Shown piece by piece: positions 1-12,967 of a DNA stretch of 64,000 nt. The DNA is taken from positions 117,676,001-117,740,000 of the forward strand of contig OX597821.1 in assembly GCA_951406725.2 (NCBI GenBank), read 5' to 3'. Numbering within the stretch: the stretch's first letter is position 1; the number at the start of each line of letters is the position of its first letter. A program made the position numbers and the translations under genes. The stretch is from Octopus vulgaris. Lineage: Eukaryota. Below the pieces are notes generated by a model that was not told where the DNA came from, made no database searches, and worked only from the letters and a program-made list of their open reading frames with translations.

Positions 1-289
1 TTTCATCCATCTTTCCATCATGTTCTGAGTTCAAATTCTGCTGAGAGTGACTGGACCTTTCATTCTGTCAGGGTCTATAAATTAAGTACCAGTTAAGTAC
101 TGGCATTGATGTAATTGACTTACCTCCCTTGAGATTGTTGGTCTTGGGCTAAAATGGGGAACCAATATGCGAGCACTCACTTAATCATAACATCATTGTT
201 AAATTTATAAAAAGAGAAAACAAAGCAAAAAAGTAACAAAGATAAAATAAAAAGCAAAACAAATGAAGTGAAGGATTAATAGATCTTAC

Positions 290-415
290 GACAATTTTGT
301 GCGGTGCCTTCATCGGAATTATCTCCACAGTCATTCATGTGATCACAGACCCAACTTTTAGGAATACATAAACCAGTATTGCATCGGAACCGGTGAGCTG
401 GACATGGTTTTGTGA
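290..415 (-). CDS. LRP2: LRP2-like exon: LDLa repeat (cluster II, 6th)
   Basis: tag| [41 protein letters not shown] |gtaag; 126 nt, phase 1-1; absent from the ORF track. Confidence 0.93.
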
Positions 416-502
416 CTAGAAATGAAAAGAAGAAAAAAACAAAACAATATAACTCAATTTACTCAATTCATAAAAATTTAATTAAAATTTCACACACAGA
501 CA

Positions 503-684
503 TAGGCATAGGAGTGGCTGTGTGGTAAGTAGCTTGCTTACCAACCACATGGTTCTGGGTTCAGTCCAACTGCATGGCACCTTGGGCAAGTGTCTTCTAC
601 TATAGCCTCGGGTTGACCAAAGCCTTATGAGTGGATTTGGTAGGCGGAAACTGAAAGAAGCCCATTGTATATATATGTGTGTAT

Positions 685-729
<45 letters not shown>

Positions 730-975
730 ATATATATGTATGTATGTATGTGTGTGTATATGTTTGTGTATCTGTGTTTGTCCCCCCCAACATTGCTTGA
801 CAACCGATGCTGGTGTATTTACGTCCCCGTAACTTAGTGGTTCGGCAAAAGAGACCGATAGAATAAGTACTAGGCTTACAAAGAATAAATCCTGGGCTCG
901 ATTTGCTCGATTAAAGGCGGTGCTCCAGCATGGTCACAGTCAAATGACTGAAACAAATAAAAGATTAAAAAAGTA
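503..975 (+). mobile_element. tRNA-derived SINE family A (GGAGTGGCTGTGTGGTAAG head, central TA/TG microsatellite)
   Basis: A-box and B-box-like head, conserved body, GAAACAAGTAAAAG-type tail. Further copies at about 5010-5375(+), 13088-13885(+), 16660-17190(-), 17192-17595(-), 34171-34625(+), 37085-37470(+), 57400-57775(-). Confidence 0.85.
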
Positions 976-3719
976 AAAGACGTACATTGATAGTCATCAC
1001 TGACAAATGAGCAACAGGCTTGCAATATGCACCTCGTTTCTTCCTATTGTTTTAGGGGTTTGGGCAGTCATGAGTTGACAGAGACACTATAAAAATAACA
1101 GGTTCTCAACCAGTGTCCATTTGACCCTTGGGGTCCCAATAAGATTTTGTTGTCAAAGTTTATGTGCAATAAACTCAGTTATACTTCTACAATACACAAA
1201 TTATTTTGAACAAGTTTTTAATACAATTCCTAAAAATCAAAATCAAAGTGAAATTCAATGACGGGCATGAGCACCATCCGAGCATGATCGTTGCCAGAGC
1301 GGCTAACTGGCTTCCGTGCCGGTGGCATGTAAGAGACACCATTCGAGTGTGATCATTACCAACATCGCCTTACTAGCACCTGTGCCGTTGGCATGTGTAA
1401 AAAGATTTGAGTGAGGTCGTTGTCAGTACCGCCTGACTGGCCCCCATGCCGGTGGCACGTAAAAGCAGCCACTACACTCTCGGAGTGGTTGGCGTTAGGA
1501 AGGGCATCCAGCTGTAGAAACTCTGCCAGATCAAGATTGGAGCCTGGTGCAGCCATCTGGTTCGCCAGTCCTCAGTCAAACCGTCCAACCCATGCTAGCA
1601 TGGAGAGCGGACGTTAAACGATGAGGATGAAGATTAAGTTGTAAAATTACAGTTGAAGTTTTTAAACATTGAATATACATACATATAGACAAACATGCAT
1701 ACATACATGCATTCATACATGGTAAAAGAAACCCAGCACACTCGGTTGGTATTAGGTAGGGTATCCAGCCATAGGAACCATGCCACAACAGATAGCTGGA
1801 GTCTGGATAGCTCCCTGCTTGTTAGCTCCATATCAAACTGTCCTGTTCAAGTGGGCATGGAGAGTGAACGTTAGATGATATGGATGAATTGCTTTGAGGG
1901 TCCATCCAAGCAAAATAAGAATCAGAGGGTCCATAAGTAACAAAAAAGGTTTGTGAAACATTGCCTTATATCCTCTCACTTTTGACTTAGTTGAACATTC
2001 AGGATGGGACAACTACAAGATTGGAGCCTGGTGCAGCCATCTGGTTCGCCAGTCCTCAGTCAAACCGTCCAACAGAGAAGGGGGAGAGATAGAGATAGAG
2101 ATAGAGGGAGGGTGGAGCTGTACAAGCTGGTACCTATTTTGACAGAGTAGACTAAGGCGACTGGTTCAAATATATACAACATACATATTTGGGCACTCAG
2201 AAAATATTCTAATTTTCAGACCTATGTTCCAAACTTTTGGCTACAACTGTATATATATTTATATGTGTGCATGTGTGTGTGTATTTGTGTCTCTGTCCCA
2301 CCTACCATATAACAGCTGGTGTTGGTCTGCTTCAGTTGCCATAATGTAGCAGTTCAACAAAAGATACTGATAAAATAAGTACCTGACTTTAAAAAAGTGC
2401 AAGTACTGGGGTTGTTTTGCTTGACTAAAACCTTTCCAGGTGGTGCCCCAGCTTGGCCACATTCCAGTAACTGAAACAAGTAACCATTTACTTGGATTTG
2501 ATTAAAATAATTATAATTTTGTTGTATCTTGGGAGGGTCATTATGCCAGTAATAAACACATGCACACTGATTCTATTTCACTTCTTTTATTATTGTTTGT
2601 CAATTAGTTGATCATCTAAACAATTAACTAATTGATTGTTTGATTAATCATTCAGTTGATCAATCCCTTAGGTTTGCAAAAGCCCTTTTGTTGTCATTCA
2701 CAGCTTCATCAATGATAGGCCCCCTTGACTACGGGTCTGCTTCTGGTCTGTCTGTCTCTTAGTTTCCGGGCTCTATATTTATATTTTTTAATGGATGTGA
2801 GTGAGAGTGGATGTAAAATAATGAAAGAAACAGTACGGATAAAACTGCCCTATAAAAACAAATCTGTAGATAAAAATTTTTAAATATAGGTTTCCATCAC
2901 TTACTACAGGTTGAATTTTCATCAGATCCAGATTCACAATCCTTGTGACCATCACAACGCCAATTATTGGGAAGACACGATCCACCTAAGCACCGGAAAT
3001 ATCCTTCTCGACAACCTTCAGCAGTTGTTACATCTGAGTAATATCAAAATAAAAGTACTGTTAGACACTAATGCATTTTGTTGGCTATTAGTCTTTTGAA
3101 TTGGTCAACACACTGCGTATTTTTAATAAGATGCATACAGAGGAGGCGGGGGAAAAGAATTGGAAGTTACCAAACCATTTCTCACTCTCTCTCACTTCCT
3201 AAGTAATTTGATAGCTTGTGTTCTGGTATATTGAAGCAGACAGAAAAATAAAGGTGATGGGTGTATATGCATATTTCAGAAGTTATTTCTGTTTCATCAG
3301 CACTACATACAATGCATCAACTACCCATGATCACTCTGCTTAAGGACCCAGTAAGTTTAGCAGTGTAATCAGCGGTGGTACGGCCCATGCAGGCTTATAG
3401 CCTACAACAGAGCCCATAAAAGTGCCACACGGGGTGGACCACCATTTCCACTCCTTTATAGCTTTGCTAGTGAGTGTAGCACTATTAAATAGACCAATTT
3501 TTGCAAATCAAACGCATTCCTGACAACTGATATTTTAGTATTAATCGCTGCTGTCAAGGTTTTGATGTCCAGTCACAATACACTACCAATTATAGGGAAA
3601 CGTTTGCAAGGTAATGCAAGGTAAGACACAAGAGTGACTCCTCTTTGTTCCATTCTCTCTCTCAGCAGAGACGTCTTTCCCTTGCAAGCCACTTGGCAAT
3701 CAGGTTGATGATTCATAAC

Positions 3720-4020
3720 ATGCACCTGTTTTGGTGCCACATTAAATGCACCAGTTTTGGTGCCACATAAAATGCACCAGTGTTGGTGCCACGTAACATG
3801 CACCTCTGTTGGTTCCACATAAAATGCACCTGTGCTGGTGCCACATAAACTGCACCTGTGCTGGTTCCACATTAAATGCACCTGTGATAGTCCCACATAA
3901 AAAAGGTTTTTGTGCTGGTGCCACATAAAAATCGTCTGTGCTGGTGCCATGTAAAACGCATGCCTGCTGGTGCCATGTAAAACGTGTATGTGCTAGTGCC
4001 GCCTGAAAAGCACCCAGTGC
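3720..4020 (+). repeat. Minisatellite of about 26-27 bp unit (TGCACCTGTGCTGGTGCCACATAAAA), roughly 10 copies
   Basis: Directly tandem imperfect units running into a LINE-like 3' tail; reverse-oriented related units at about 31715-31820. Confidence 0.8.
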
Positions 4021-4628
4021 ACTCTGTAAGGTGGTTGTTTGTTAGGAAGCTCATCCAGCTGTGGAAACCATAGTAGAACAGACAAGTGGAGCCTAATGCA
4101 GCTCTCTGGCTTACCAGCACTTGTCAAACCATTCAGCTTGTGCTAGCATGGGAAACCAACATTAAATGACCGGTATAAATATGATTATAGATTGAAAGAA
4201 GGCAGCATGCTGGCATAATCGTTAGCATGCCGGGCAAGATGCGTAATGACATTTCATTCACATTTATGTTTTGATTTACACCAAGGCCAACTTTACATTA
4301 ATCCTTTAAGGGTCAATAAAATAAGTCCCAGTTGAGAACTGGGGTCAATGCAATCAAACTTACACCCACCCATGAAACTGCTGGCCTTGCACTAAAATTT
4401 GAAACCAACATTATAGGGTGAAAGAGATTGTTTATTTGTGTGTATTTACTCTGATGCACAAAGGACTTGGATGTATTCTCAGTAGATATATACGAAAGTT
4501 ATGATCTCTGCATTGCCTCTTTTCTTCAGAAAAGAGAAGAGAGAAACTGAAACCAAACAAAAGACCAACTGAATCAACCACTTTGCTCAGACACAAATAT
4601 TCACAAAAAATTATACATTTTTACTTAC

Positions 4629-4865
4629 TACATCCAACTTCATCACTTCCATCTTCACAGTTTGCTACACCATCACAGTGATGCATTTTGTGGATACAAA
4701 TATTTGATGTTGGACATTTCCATTGATATGGAGAACATTTTGCCTCTGGGCAGTTGCGTTCATCACTCCCATCTCGGCAATTCTGATTTTCATTACAGCG
4801 ATATGAAATATGTACACACTTATAACCATCACACTTGAAATAATTTGAAGGACAAGTATGATTAG
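4629..4865 (-). CDS. LRP2: LRP2-like exon: two LDLa repeats (cluster II, 4th-5th)
   Basis: cag| NHTCPSNYFKCDGYKC...CRDGSDERNCPEAKCSPYQWKC...CEDGSDEVGC |gtaagt; 237 nt, phase 1-1. Confidence 0.95.
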
Positions 4866-5697
4866 CTGTAAAAAAAATCAAAATATTAAAATGTGTGTAT
4901 GTGAGAGTGTGCGTGTTTGTGTGTGTGTGTGTGTTTGTGTCTGTACAGGTGGAATTGTTTTATAATGTATTATAAATAAGTATATTACATTCTGTGTATC
5001 AAATTATATATAAGTGGCTGTGCGGTAAGTAGTTTGCCTACCAATCACATGGTTCTGGGTTCAGTCCCACTGCGTGGCACCTTGGGCAAGTGTCTTCTAC
5101 TATAGCCACGTGCCGACCAAAGCCTTGAGAGTGGATTTGGTAGATGGAAACTGAAAGAAGCCCATCGGATATATGTGTGTGTGTTTGTCCCCCCAACATC
5201 GCTTGACAACCGATGCTGGTGTGTTTACGTCCTCGTAACTTAGTGGTTCGGCAAAAGAGACCGATAAAATAAGTACTAGGCTTACAAAGAATAAGTCCTG
5301 GGGTCGATTTGCTCGACTAAAGGTGATGTCCAGCATGGCCACAGTCAAATGACTGAAACAAGTAAAAGAGTAAAAATGAGTGTATATATATATATATATA
5401 TGTGATATATAAAACAAATATAGTTTCATCTTTATGTGTCTATCTTTTATGAGTGTTTATATATACACACACAAACACACACATACACAGATATGGTTCT
5501 AAAACTGTACAAAAAAAAACAAAAAAAAACAAAGACTGAGACAGATGAAGGAACAATAACAAGGTGTGTTAGATGCTTGGGGAAAATGGAAGAGTCTTTG
5601 ATGTTTTCTGCCTATGCCTTTCTACAGAAAGGAATGCGGACAGAAAACAAATGGAGGGAATAAAAGAATGGAGAGAGAAAATGTGTGTGTGTGTATG

Positions 5698-5731
<34 letters not shown>

Positions 5732-6635
5732 AACTTTAGGATAGTTAAAATATGCTTGTGATATATTTCAACTTCTAAAAAGGCAAATTCACTGCTGTCG
5801 CAATGAACATAAATATTCTTTCTTATGATAAAAAGGTGTAAAAGCACCATATCTGTCTAGTGCTGCCCTTTGTCAAATTCCTAGATACTGTGTTTGAAGT
5901 TCTTTAGCCATCTTCAATGGGAAATACCGAAAGGAGCCAAACTTTTGACTAAAACACAGTCAACAACCTTGACTGAGTTGCACCTTTAGACTGCCAGGTG
6001 AGAAAAAAATTACAGCAGTATCATCGCCGAGCAGTGTTTAGGCATAAGCAAAGTTTAGGTGAGTTAAAATATATGTTTGTGACATATTTCAACTGCTAAA
6101 GGCAAATCTACTGCGCTTACCATTGAGAAAAATTATTTTCTATGGTAAAAAGGTGTGAAAATACCATCTCTGTTCAGTGCTGCCCCCTGTAGAATTCCCA
6201 GATGCTGTGTTTGTAGCTCTTTAGCTGTTATCAATGGGAAATACAGAATTATTAGCTCCAGAGTTGCCTCTCTTTCGTATTTCCGATATTTTGAGGTGGT
6301 TGGATAGATGGTAGGTGAAAAGATGGTTCAGAGGAGGGAAAGTGAGTTTGGCTGGCAGTACATCATGGTGAAGTTACTGTGTATTGGATGGAGGTAGGCG
6401 GAAGGATAAAAGTGGCCAAATGCAGTCTCCAATATCAAGGTTTGCTGAAGGGTAAGTGGGCAGAGTGATGAGAATGGTGTGATTAGTACAGTTGGTAGGG
6501 AGATGAGAGATTGGGGGCTGTGTGTGTGTTAAAGAGAAGCCGGATGAAAAGGGGGTTCAGTTGTGAGTAGATAGGGAGTAGAAGCAAGGGTGTAAGATGA
6601 GGGTTAATAAATGTGAGCTTGGTAGGGTAAACATA

Positions 6636-6853
6636 TGAGGGGGTGTTGGAAAGTTCCTGGCCTTGGGTTAAAGAAAATACAGGAGGATCAGTTTAATTAT
6701 GGTTTTATCCAACATATTCTCCTCTCAGATTCAAACACTTATTGCAGTAGTCCTTCAGATTATCTAATCCCTGTAAAAGAACTTGGAAGGTTGAGCCTTA
6801 AACCAGGCTTTTCATGATATCTTTAAAGCCAGGAACTTTTCAGCTCCCCCTTG
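6636..6853. mobile_element. Mariner-type MITE (second copy at about 8175-8390)
   Basis: TIRs GAGGGGGTGTTGGAAAGTTCCTGGC / GCCAGGAACTTTTCAGCTCCCCC, TA on the left flank; about 215 bp; the second copy ends CCTCG|TA. Confidence 0.7.
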
Positions 6854-6867
6854 TGAGTGTGTGTGTC

Positions 6868-6909
<42 letters not shown>

Positions 6910-6912
<3 letters not shown>

Positions 6913-7570
6913 GTTGTTTACTGTTAACTTAATATGACAGTCCCATGAAGGGAATCACACCACTGCTATTTAGCCCTAGGAAGCATCAACACTTCCTGTT
7001 GGCCTTGACAAATTTCCTGTGTCCTTATGTTTACAAGGGGGAGACAAGCACCTCCACCCAGCTAAGCCTGCAACCAGAGACTAGTTTCTGAGTCTTCCCT
7101 CGTCATCAGTCTGCTGTAGCATGGCCTGCTAGTTGGAGATGCTTGTCTAGTCCCTGTAAACATATATGAATTCTAGTGAAATACATTCACTGATTTCAAA
7201 AATAGAAATAATACATTTCTAAATATCTCAGAGATAAGCAGTGGTGGTACGATAGAGTAATTGTAAACTGTCAACTTAATGTGACAGTCCCATGAAGGGA
7301 ATCAACCACAGCTGATGACACACAGACGGGGAAAGACTAAGAAACTAGTCTCTGGGTCCAGGCTTAGCTGGGTGGAGGTGCTTGTCTCCCCCTTATAAAC
7401 ATAAGGTCACAGGAAATTTGTCAAGGCCAACAGGAAGCGTTGATGCTTCCTAGGGCTAAATAGCAGTGGTGTGATTCCCTTCATGGGACTGTCATGTTAA
7501 GCTGACAGTACACAACCACTCTATCATACCACTACTGCTTATATCTCTCTGAAATATTTAGAAATGTAAT
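6910..7570. repeat. Nested inverted repeat built from copies of one repeat element
   Basis: About 6910-7102 is the reverse complement of about 7325-7520; about 7213-7303 is the reverse complement of about 7470-7568. Confidence 0.85.
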
Positions 7571-8577
7571 ATTTTTATATATATATGTATATATATTGAT
7601 CATTCATTTTTTTACTTTTTGAGATCTAGTTTTATGTTTTATAAAAATATATAATATTTGTTATTTATGTTTTAGCTGATGTCTATCACTGTTTGAGTTG
7701 CATAATAGAGGTTTTATTTCTAATTTATATATTGTTATATTTCGGAATGGTCATTTTGCCAGTTTAGCCAATAAAAACACACGCACTATATATTTGGTGT
7801 TATTTTGCTTCAGAGTTATTTATTTTTTACATTAATCTTAATCTTATTTTGGCCAGAGTTCTTTCGTCACACTCCTGTGACCGCATCAGTGGTCCCTTGT
7901 TTTCTTCTTTCTTATTTGTGTCTCTCTTTACTAACCGTCAGCCATTTTGTATTTCTATTGCATGTCTTCATTTGCGCATGCTTATATCTCTATGTGCGTC
8001 TTTGTTTATTTAGTGTGTGTGTGTGTGTGGGGGGATGCCTGTAATATCTGCATCTTCTGTTTAAAAAATCTTGCACAACAAATATCTAATTTATATATTA
8101 TATATATATATACACATACACACACACAGACAGACACACAGACACACAAACATAGACATACATACACACATGCGCAAAAGGGTGCTGAGAAGTTCCTGGC
8201 TTTGGGTAAATGAAAATACACGAAGATCAGTTAATTATGATTTCCTTCAACATATTCCCCTCTCAGATTCGCACACTTATCACAGTGGTCTTCCAGTTTT
8301 TCTAAGACTGTAAAAGGACTCAGAATTTTGGGCCTCCATCTAGGCATTATGCAATACTGCTAAAGCCTGGAACTTCTCAGTACCACCTCGTATTGCAGCT
8401 TTGAAACACCACTCATACATTAGCCCATATATTATTACCGTGGATGGACAGGTCCACTGTTGCTCTGTGTCAGCATCATGATGTTTACTTGCTATCAGGT
8501 TGCATTTTGATTTAACATTGTTCATTTGTAGTTGTTGCAAATAAAACATTATTATAAATAAATTTATGTTTCTTTAC

Positions 8578-8694
8578 CACAGAAGGCGCCTTCATCAGAT
8601 CCATCAGTACAGTCAGTGTAGGAATTGCATTTTCGAGAACGGTGTATACAAAAACCATTATTGCACCGAAATTGAAAACTGCTGCAGTTATATT
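8578..8694 (-). CDS. LRP2: LRP2-like exon: LDLa repeat (cluster II, 3rd)
   Basis: aag| YNCSSFQFRCNNGFCIHRSRKCNSYTDCTDGSDEGAFC |gtaaag; 117 nt, phase 1-1; AAG acceptor. Confidence 0.9.
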
Positions 8695-8821
8695 CTTGGA
8701 AAATTATAAAAGAAAAAAGATTAACATGAAACATAGAGTATATATATATAGAGTATGTATATATATAGAGTATGTATATATATATATATATATAGAATAT
8801 GTATATATATATATATATAGA

Positions 8822-8876
<55 letters not shown>

Positions 8877-8903
8877 GAGAGAGAGTATGTATATATATAT
8901 GTG

Positions 8904-9043
8904 CTAGCATTAAAGACCCGTCGTTGCTGGGTCATAGTGCTAGTGCATGTGTAAAATTTGAATGAAATTGGTTGTGTAGTTCTCAAGTTTTAGGGAGACA
9001 GACAGACAGACAGACACACATTCTCAGTTTTATATATATAAAG
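8904..9043 (-). mobile_element. Short non-autonomous Helitron
   Basis: Minus strand begins TCTTTATATATATAAAA and ends with hairpin GACCCAGCAACGACGGGTC then CTAG; a related longer element lies at about 20890-21266. Confidence 0.65.
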
Positions 9044-9499
9044 ATAACATGAAACATAGAGTATATATATATATAGGGAGAGTTTACAAAAAAAACAAAA
9101 GACGAAGACAGGTGGTGTTGACAACAAACAGATGTATTAGTATAACGCTCAGGAATAGAAAAAGTCTTTTACGTTTCGAGTCTATGCTTTTCTACAGAAA
9201 GGGACACAGAAAAAACAAGGAGAGAAAAACATGTGTGTTGTGGCTAACGATCTATCATCGCGACTGACTCGGACAGAAGGGTAAAAAAAAAAAAAGAAAA
9301 CAAGGTCTGATCAATAAATATCTAGACTTTTGCCATAGTAATGAAGATAAAGCACGCAGAATGGAGTCATTGGGCAAAGATTGACCTTGATCTCTGCTCT
9401 TCATGCGCAATAAGTTTAAATATTCTAACTCACTTTCTCTGTTTGTAAACTGTACAACTTAGCAAGAAGAATTTGCACGATTGCATCAAATCCTGAAAC

Positions 9500-10400
9500 T
9501 TGACAAAAGCGGCTCCGAGAAATTAAAAACACATTACTAGATAGAAAATACCCAGTCAGTTTAATCAAAAAGGGAATAGAATGTGAAAAAATGATAAACA
9601 TCCAAGAATATCGGAAAACAAGAAAAAAACCATGGCATGCTTAAAATTTTATCTTATGTATCAACACACAATCCAAGGAACATGGAAATGTAGAACATCA
9701 TCCACCATGAAGGACCTGCGAACGAAAGAGGCACTGGAAACACATAGGATTATTAAAGGAAGAGACAACCATAATCCCTAAAGAAGTTACCCACCAGCGC
9801 CAAATTACTCACCAAAAATACAACCCCACTAGTCAAAAAGTCCAACTGCTCTAACTGTGGAACTTGCATCTTTCTCTTAGAGAGCTCAACATACAAATTT
9901 AAGTCAGGTCAAACTTTTACCATAAGAAATCACTTCACCTGCACTTCGAAGAACTTAATCTATGTTCTCAAAGGGTGGAGGGTCTGGTAGGGATTACAGA
10001 GGTGAATCCAGTTTAACCTTGAGGGACAGAGTAATGATGCACTGGAAACAAATCTGGGACCCCATGACTTGGAAAAATCGAGTAAGCAAACACCTAGATC
10101 AATGCCCCATAAGCATAAACCCAAAATACCAAATCTTCTCTCTCTATCAATACACCAGAAATACTTCAACCCAATTCCCTTTAAATAAGGAAATCCTACT
10201 CATTAAAAATTATGAACCACAGCTGAATATCCTGAAAGAGGCAAAAACTTAAAAATGAAAAAGGGGGAAAAGACTCAATTTCTCCACAAAAAAAAAATAA
10301 AAAACAACCAGGAAACATAGACAATTTAAAAAATTTTAGTAACAATCTTCCGCCCTGGTTTTGAAATGGCAACTCCAAATCACCATAGAATAATACTATA
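9500..10400 (+). mobile_element. Degenerate Penelope-like element, GIY-YIG endonuclease region
   Basis: CSNCGTC..., FTCTSKNLIYVL and YRGESSLTLRDRVMMHWKQI match the Penelope CCHH/GIY-YIG pattern; broken by frameshifts and stops. Confidence 0.7.
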
Positions 10401-10544
10401 CAAACACCAGTTGCTGACGTCACCTAACTCTAGACCAATGAAATTTCACCTCTGATCAAAGCCAAGAGAATTAAGAGAATCAACCAACTGGAATGGCTGA
10501 TGACCATTCCCCACAGGGAAGTCAACCAGGCAGAATGACAAACT

Positions 10545-11130
10545 TGACCAAAGACCTCACCTGGAATTTGCATTACCGGTCTGGAACCCCTATCTTGCCC
10601 AGGATATCAATCATCTGGAAGCCGTTCAGCGACGTGCAACCAAAGAATACCCTCCATCAGGCATTTGCCATATCCTGAACGCCTTACTTCCCTGGGCATG
10701 GATACATTGAAACTCCGACGTCTGGCAGCTGACTTGGCAGACACCCATAAAATTATCAACCATCGCACAAACAATAACACTGAGCACCTCTTCAAACTCC
10801 ACCCATCTAACACCCGTGGACATATTTACAAAGTCAGAAAACAGCACAGCTCCCATGACTTCAGGAAACATTTTTTCACGCTGAGAGTTGCTGAAGCGTG
10901 GAACAAACTGCCGGCATCAGTTGTTAGTTGTCGGAGCACTGCATCCTTCAAAACTTCCATGCTTTCTGAGATTCGCCAACACTACACCTGATTTTCTCCC
11001 CTCCATACACACACAAGCATGTATCTGACTCATACATTGTTCGCTTTCCAGACATTTGTACATTACTGCATGTACTTTGACAAGTTGTGGTGCACCTGAG
11101 CACTGTATACAATAATTTCATTATTATTAA
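10545..11130 (+). mobile_element. CR1-clade LINE, 3' fragment with 3' UTR and (ATT)n tail
   Basis: PHLEFA.PVWNPYLAQDINHLEAVQRRATK, YPERLTSLGMDTLKLRRL, FFTLRVAEAWNKLP. Confidence 0.88.
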
Positions 11131-11666
11131 AAGCAAGACGTCATCAGTACTTTAATGAATCAAAAATTGGATCTGCTTGCAGAAAAAATTATAAGTAGAC
11201 CGGATTCCAAAACACACCATTACAAGTGAAAGTTCCTACACTTTTTTTTATTATCATCATCTCTTGTTTTTCTCCCTCTTAACTCTCATTGAAACTCTGA
11301 TGATATTCATTTCTTGTCGGTCACTATTAATACTAATGAGCTTTGTATAATTAAACAAGTTGATGCACAGTTTTTATATAATTGACTGTTATGAACATTT
11401 AAACTTGTCAACATCGAAACTTTTAAATATGTCTTTCTAATTCATAATTCTAAATTTTTACTATTGATAAACAAAAAAATGTTGTTGAAATTAGCTTGGT
11501 ATATATGTAAATAAATATATTTTAAACAATTACAAGTTTTTCAAATTTAATTGCATTTTCAACAACAAATTTGCCTATGTGTGTGTGTGTGTGCATGCAT
11601 ATGTATATATGTGTGTGTATATATATATATTGTATATATGTATACATATGTATATAGATATATATG

Positions 11667-11696
<30 letters not shown>

Positions 11697-11697
<1 letters not shown>

Positions 11698-12063
11698 CTA
11701 TATAAACGGCAGTTTGTCTCTGTGTGTTTCTGTGTGTCTGTTTGCTTGTACCCTCACCCTGACCACGGCTTTCAACCGATTCTGATGAAACTTGACACAC
11801 ATAGCCCAATGCCATAATTCAAAACTAACGCAGCGAAAATTTTGAAAAGTTCCCCCAGTTCTGAAAAAAAATCGATAAATTCGACATGGGGTCGACAATC
11901 AGAAACACGAAACACAAACTGTCTAGGGGACGCAACTCCACCTTTTTTTAACTAAAAAAAAAATTTACTATCATTTTTTTCCATTTTTTTGGCTATAACT
12001 CTCTAAAAATGCTTTATAGTTATTTCCCTTACAAACCTGAGCAACGCCGGGCGATACTGCTAG
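11697..12063 (+). mobile_element. Non-autonomous Helitron
   Basis: 5' TC, 3' hairpin CCTGAGCAACGCCGGG plus CTAG, inserted between A and T; near-identical copy at 55265-55635. Confidence 0.8.
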
Positions 12064-12090
12064 TATACATATATAAACACACATGTATAT

Positions 12091-12150
<60 letters not shown>

Positions 12151-12280
12151 CATATATATACACACATGCATATTGCTATTTATAATTATAATAATATTAT
12201 AATTGTAATCATTATTTGTAATACATAGTACATATATACACATGATTTTTTATAATTGAAAATGTATTTCATAAACTCAC

Positions 12281-12397
12281 TGCAATCTTTTTCATCTGTA
12301 TTATCAGGGCAATCTTTGTATCCATCACATATCCACCGATTTGGTATACACTTTCCACTCGCACACTTGAATTCATGTAGCGAACACTGACGTGAAG
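12281..12397 (-). CDS. LRP2: LRP2-like exon: LDLa repeat (cluster II, 2nd)
   Basis: tag| [38 protein letters not shown] |gtgagt; 117 nt, phase 1-1; absent from the ORF track. Confidence 0.93.
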
Positions 12398-12450
12398 CTA
12401 TATATGATAAGAAAATATAAGAATTTCAATGAGAACACGGATATTAATTG

Positions 12451-12967
12451 TGTAACGAAGGATCAGTTATCGATGCACTGAAAGGGTGTCGATATCCGAT
12501 CTAGTCACATATAAATTTTATAAGGCAAAACAGACGAAGTCAGGTTGAAGGTGAAAAGACAGTAATTCTGGTTTGTTTATTGCGATGTCGTACGTGTGTC
12601 TGGTGGGAGAAAGACAGCCTCTGATATACAGCTTCGTGTTAGTTGTTGAAGTTGGTTAATGGTCGTTGGCGCTATGTCGTAGCACGAGTGGTTGTCAGAG
12701 CCTGTGAATGCACGTCCGATCGCAATGTTGTCTAGCCGAAGATAGCGATTTGAGCTTGGCGGGCTTGAGGGAACGTTTTCCCGCACATGCGCATGGGGAA
12801 GACTTCTGGTGGCCACCCGGAAGTAGTCCCATTCTGCGCATGCGCGCTGAACCCTACACAGTAGCATCACTACAATTGCCTTTCTCTGTGTGAATAAAAT
12901 TTGTTTAATTACAGTATTTTCCTGCATAAAAGATGTAGTCTCACATACAAAGCATTCCAACGTTACA
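12451..12967 (+). mobile_element. Probable solo LTR
   Basis: Starts TGTAACG and ends CGTTACA (perfect 7-bp terminal IR), 517 bp, CpG-rich, AATAAA at about 12893; no clear TSD. Confidence 0.6.

Noticed and set aside
3720-4020. Regularly spaced repeats resembling a CRISPR array
   Set aside because: Units are directly tandem with no unique spacers, no cas genes are present, and the context is a eukaryotic intron.
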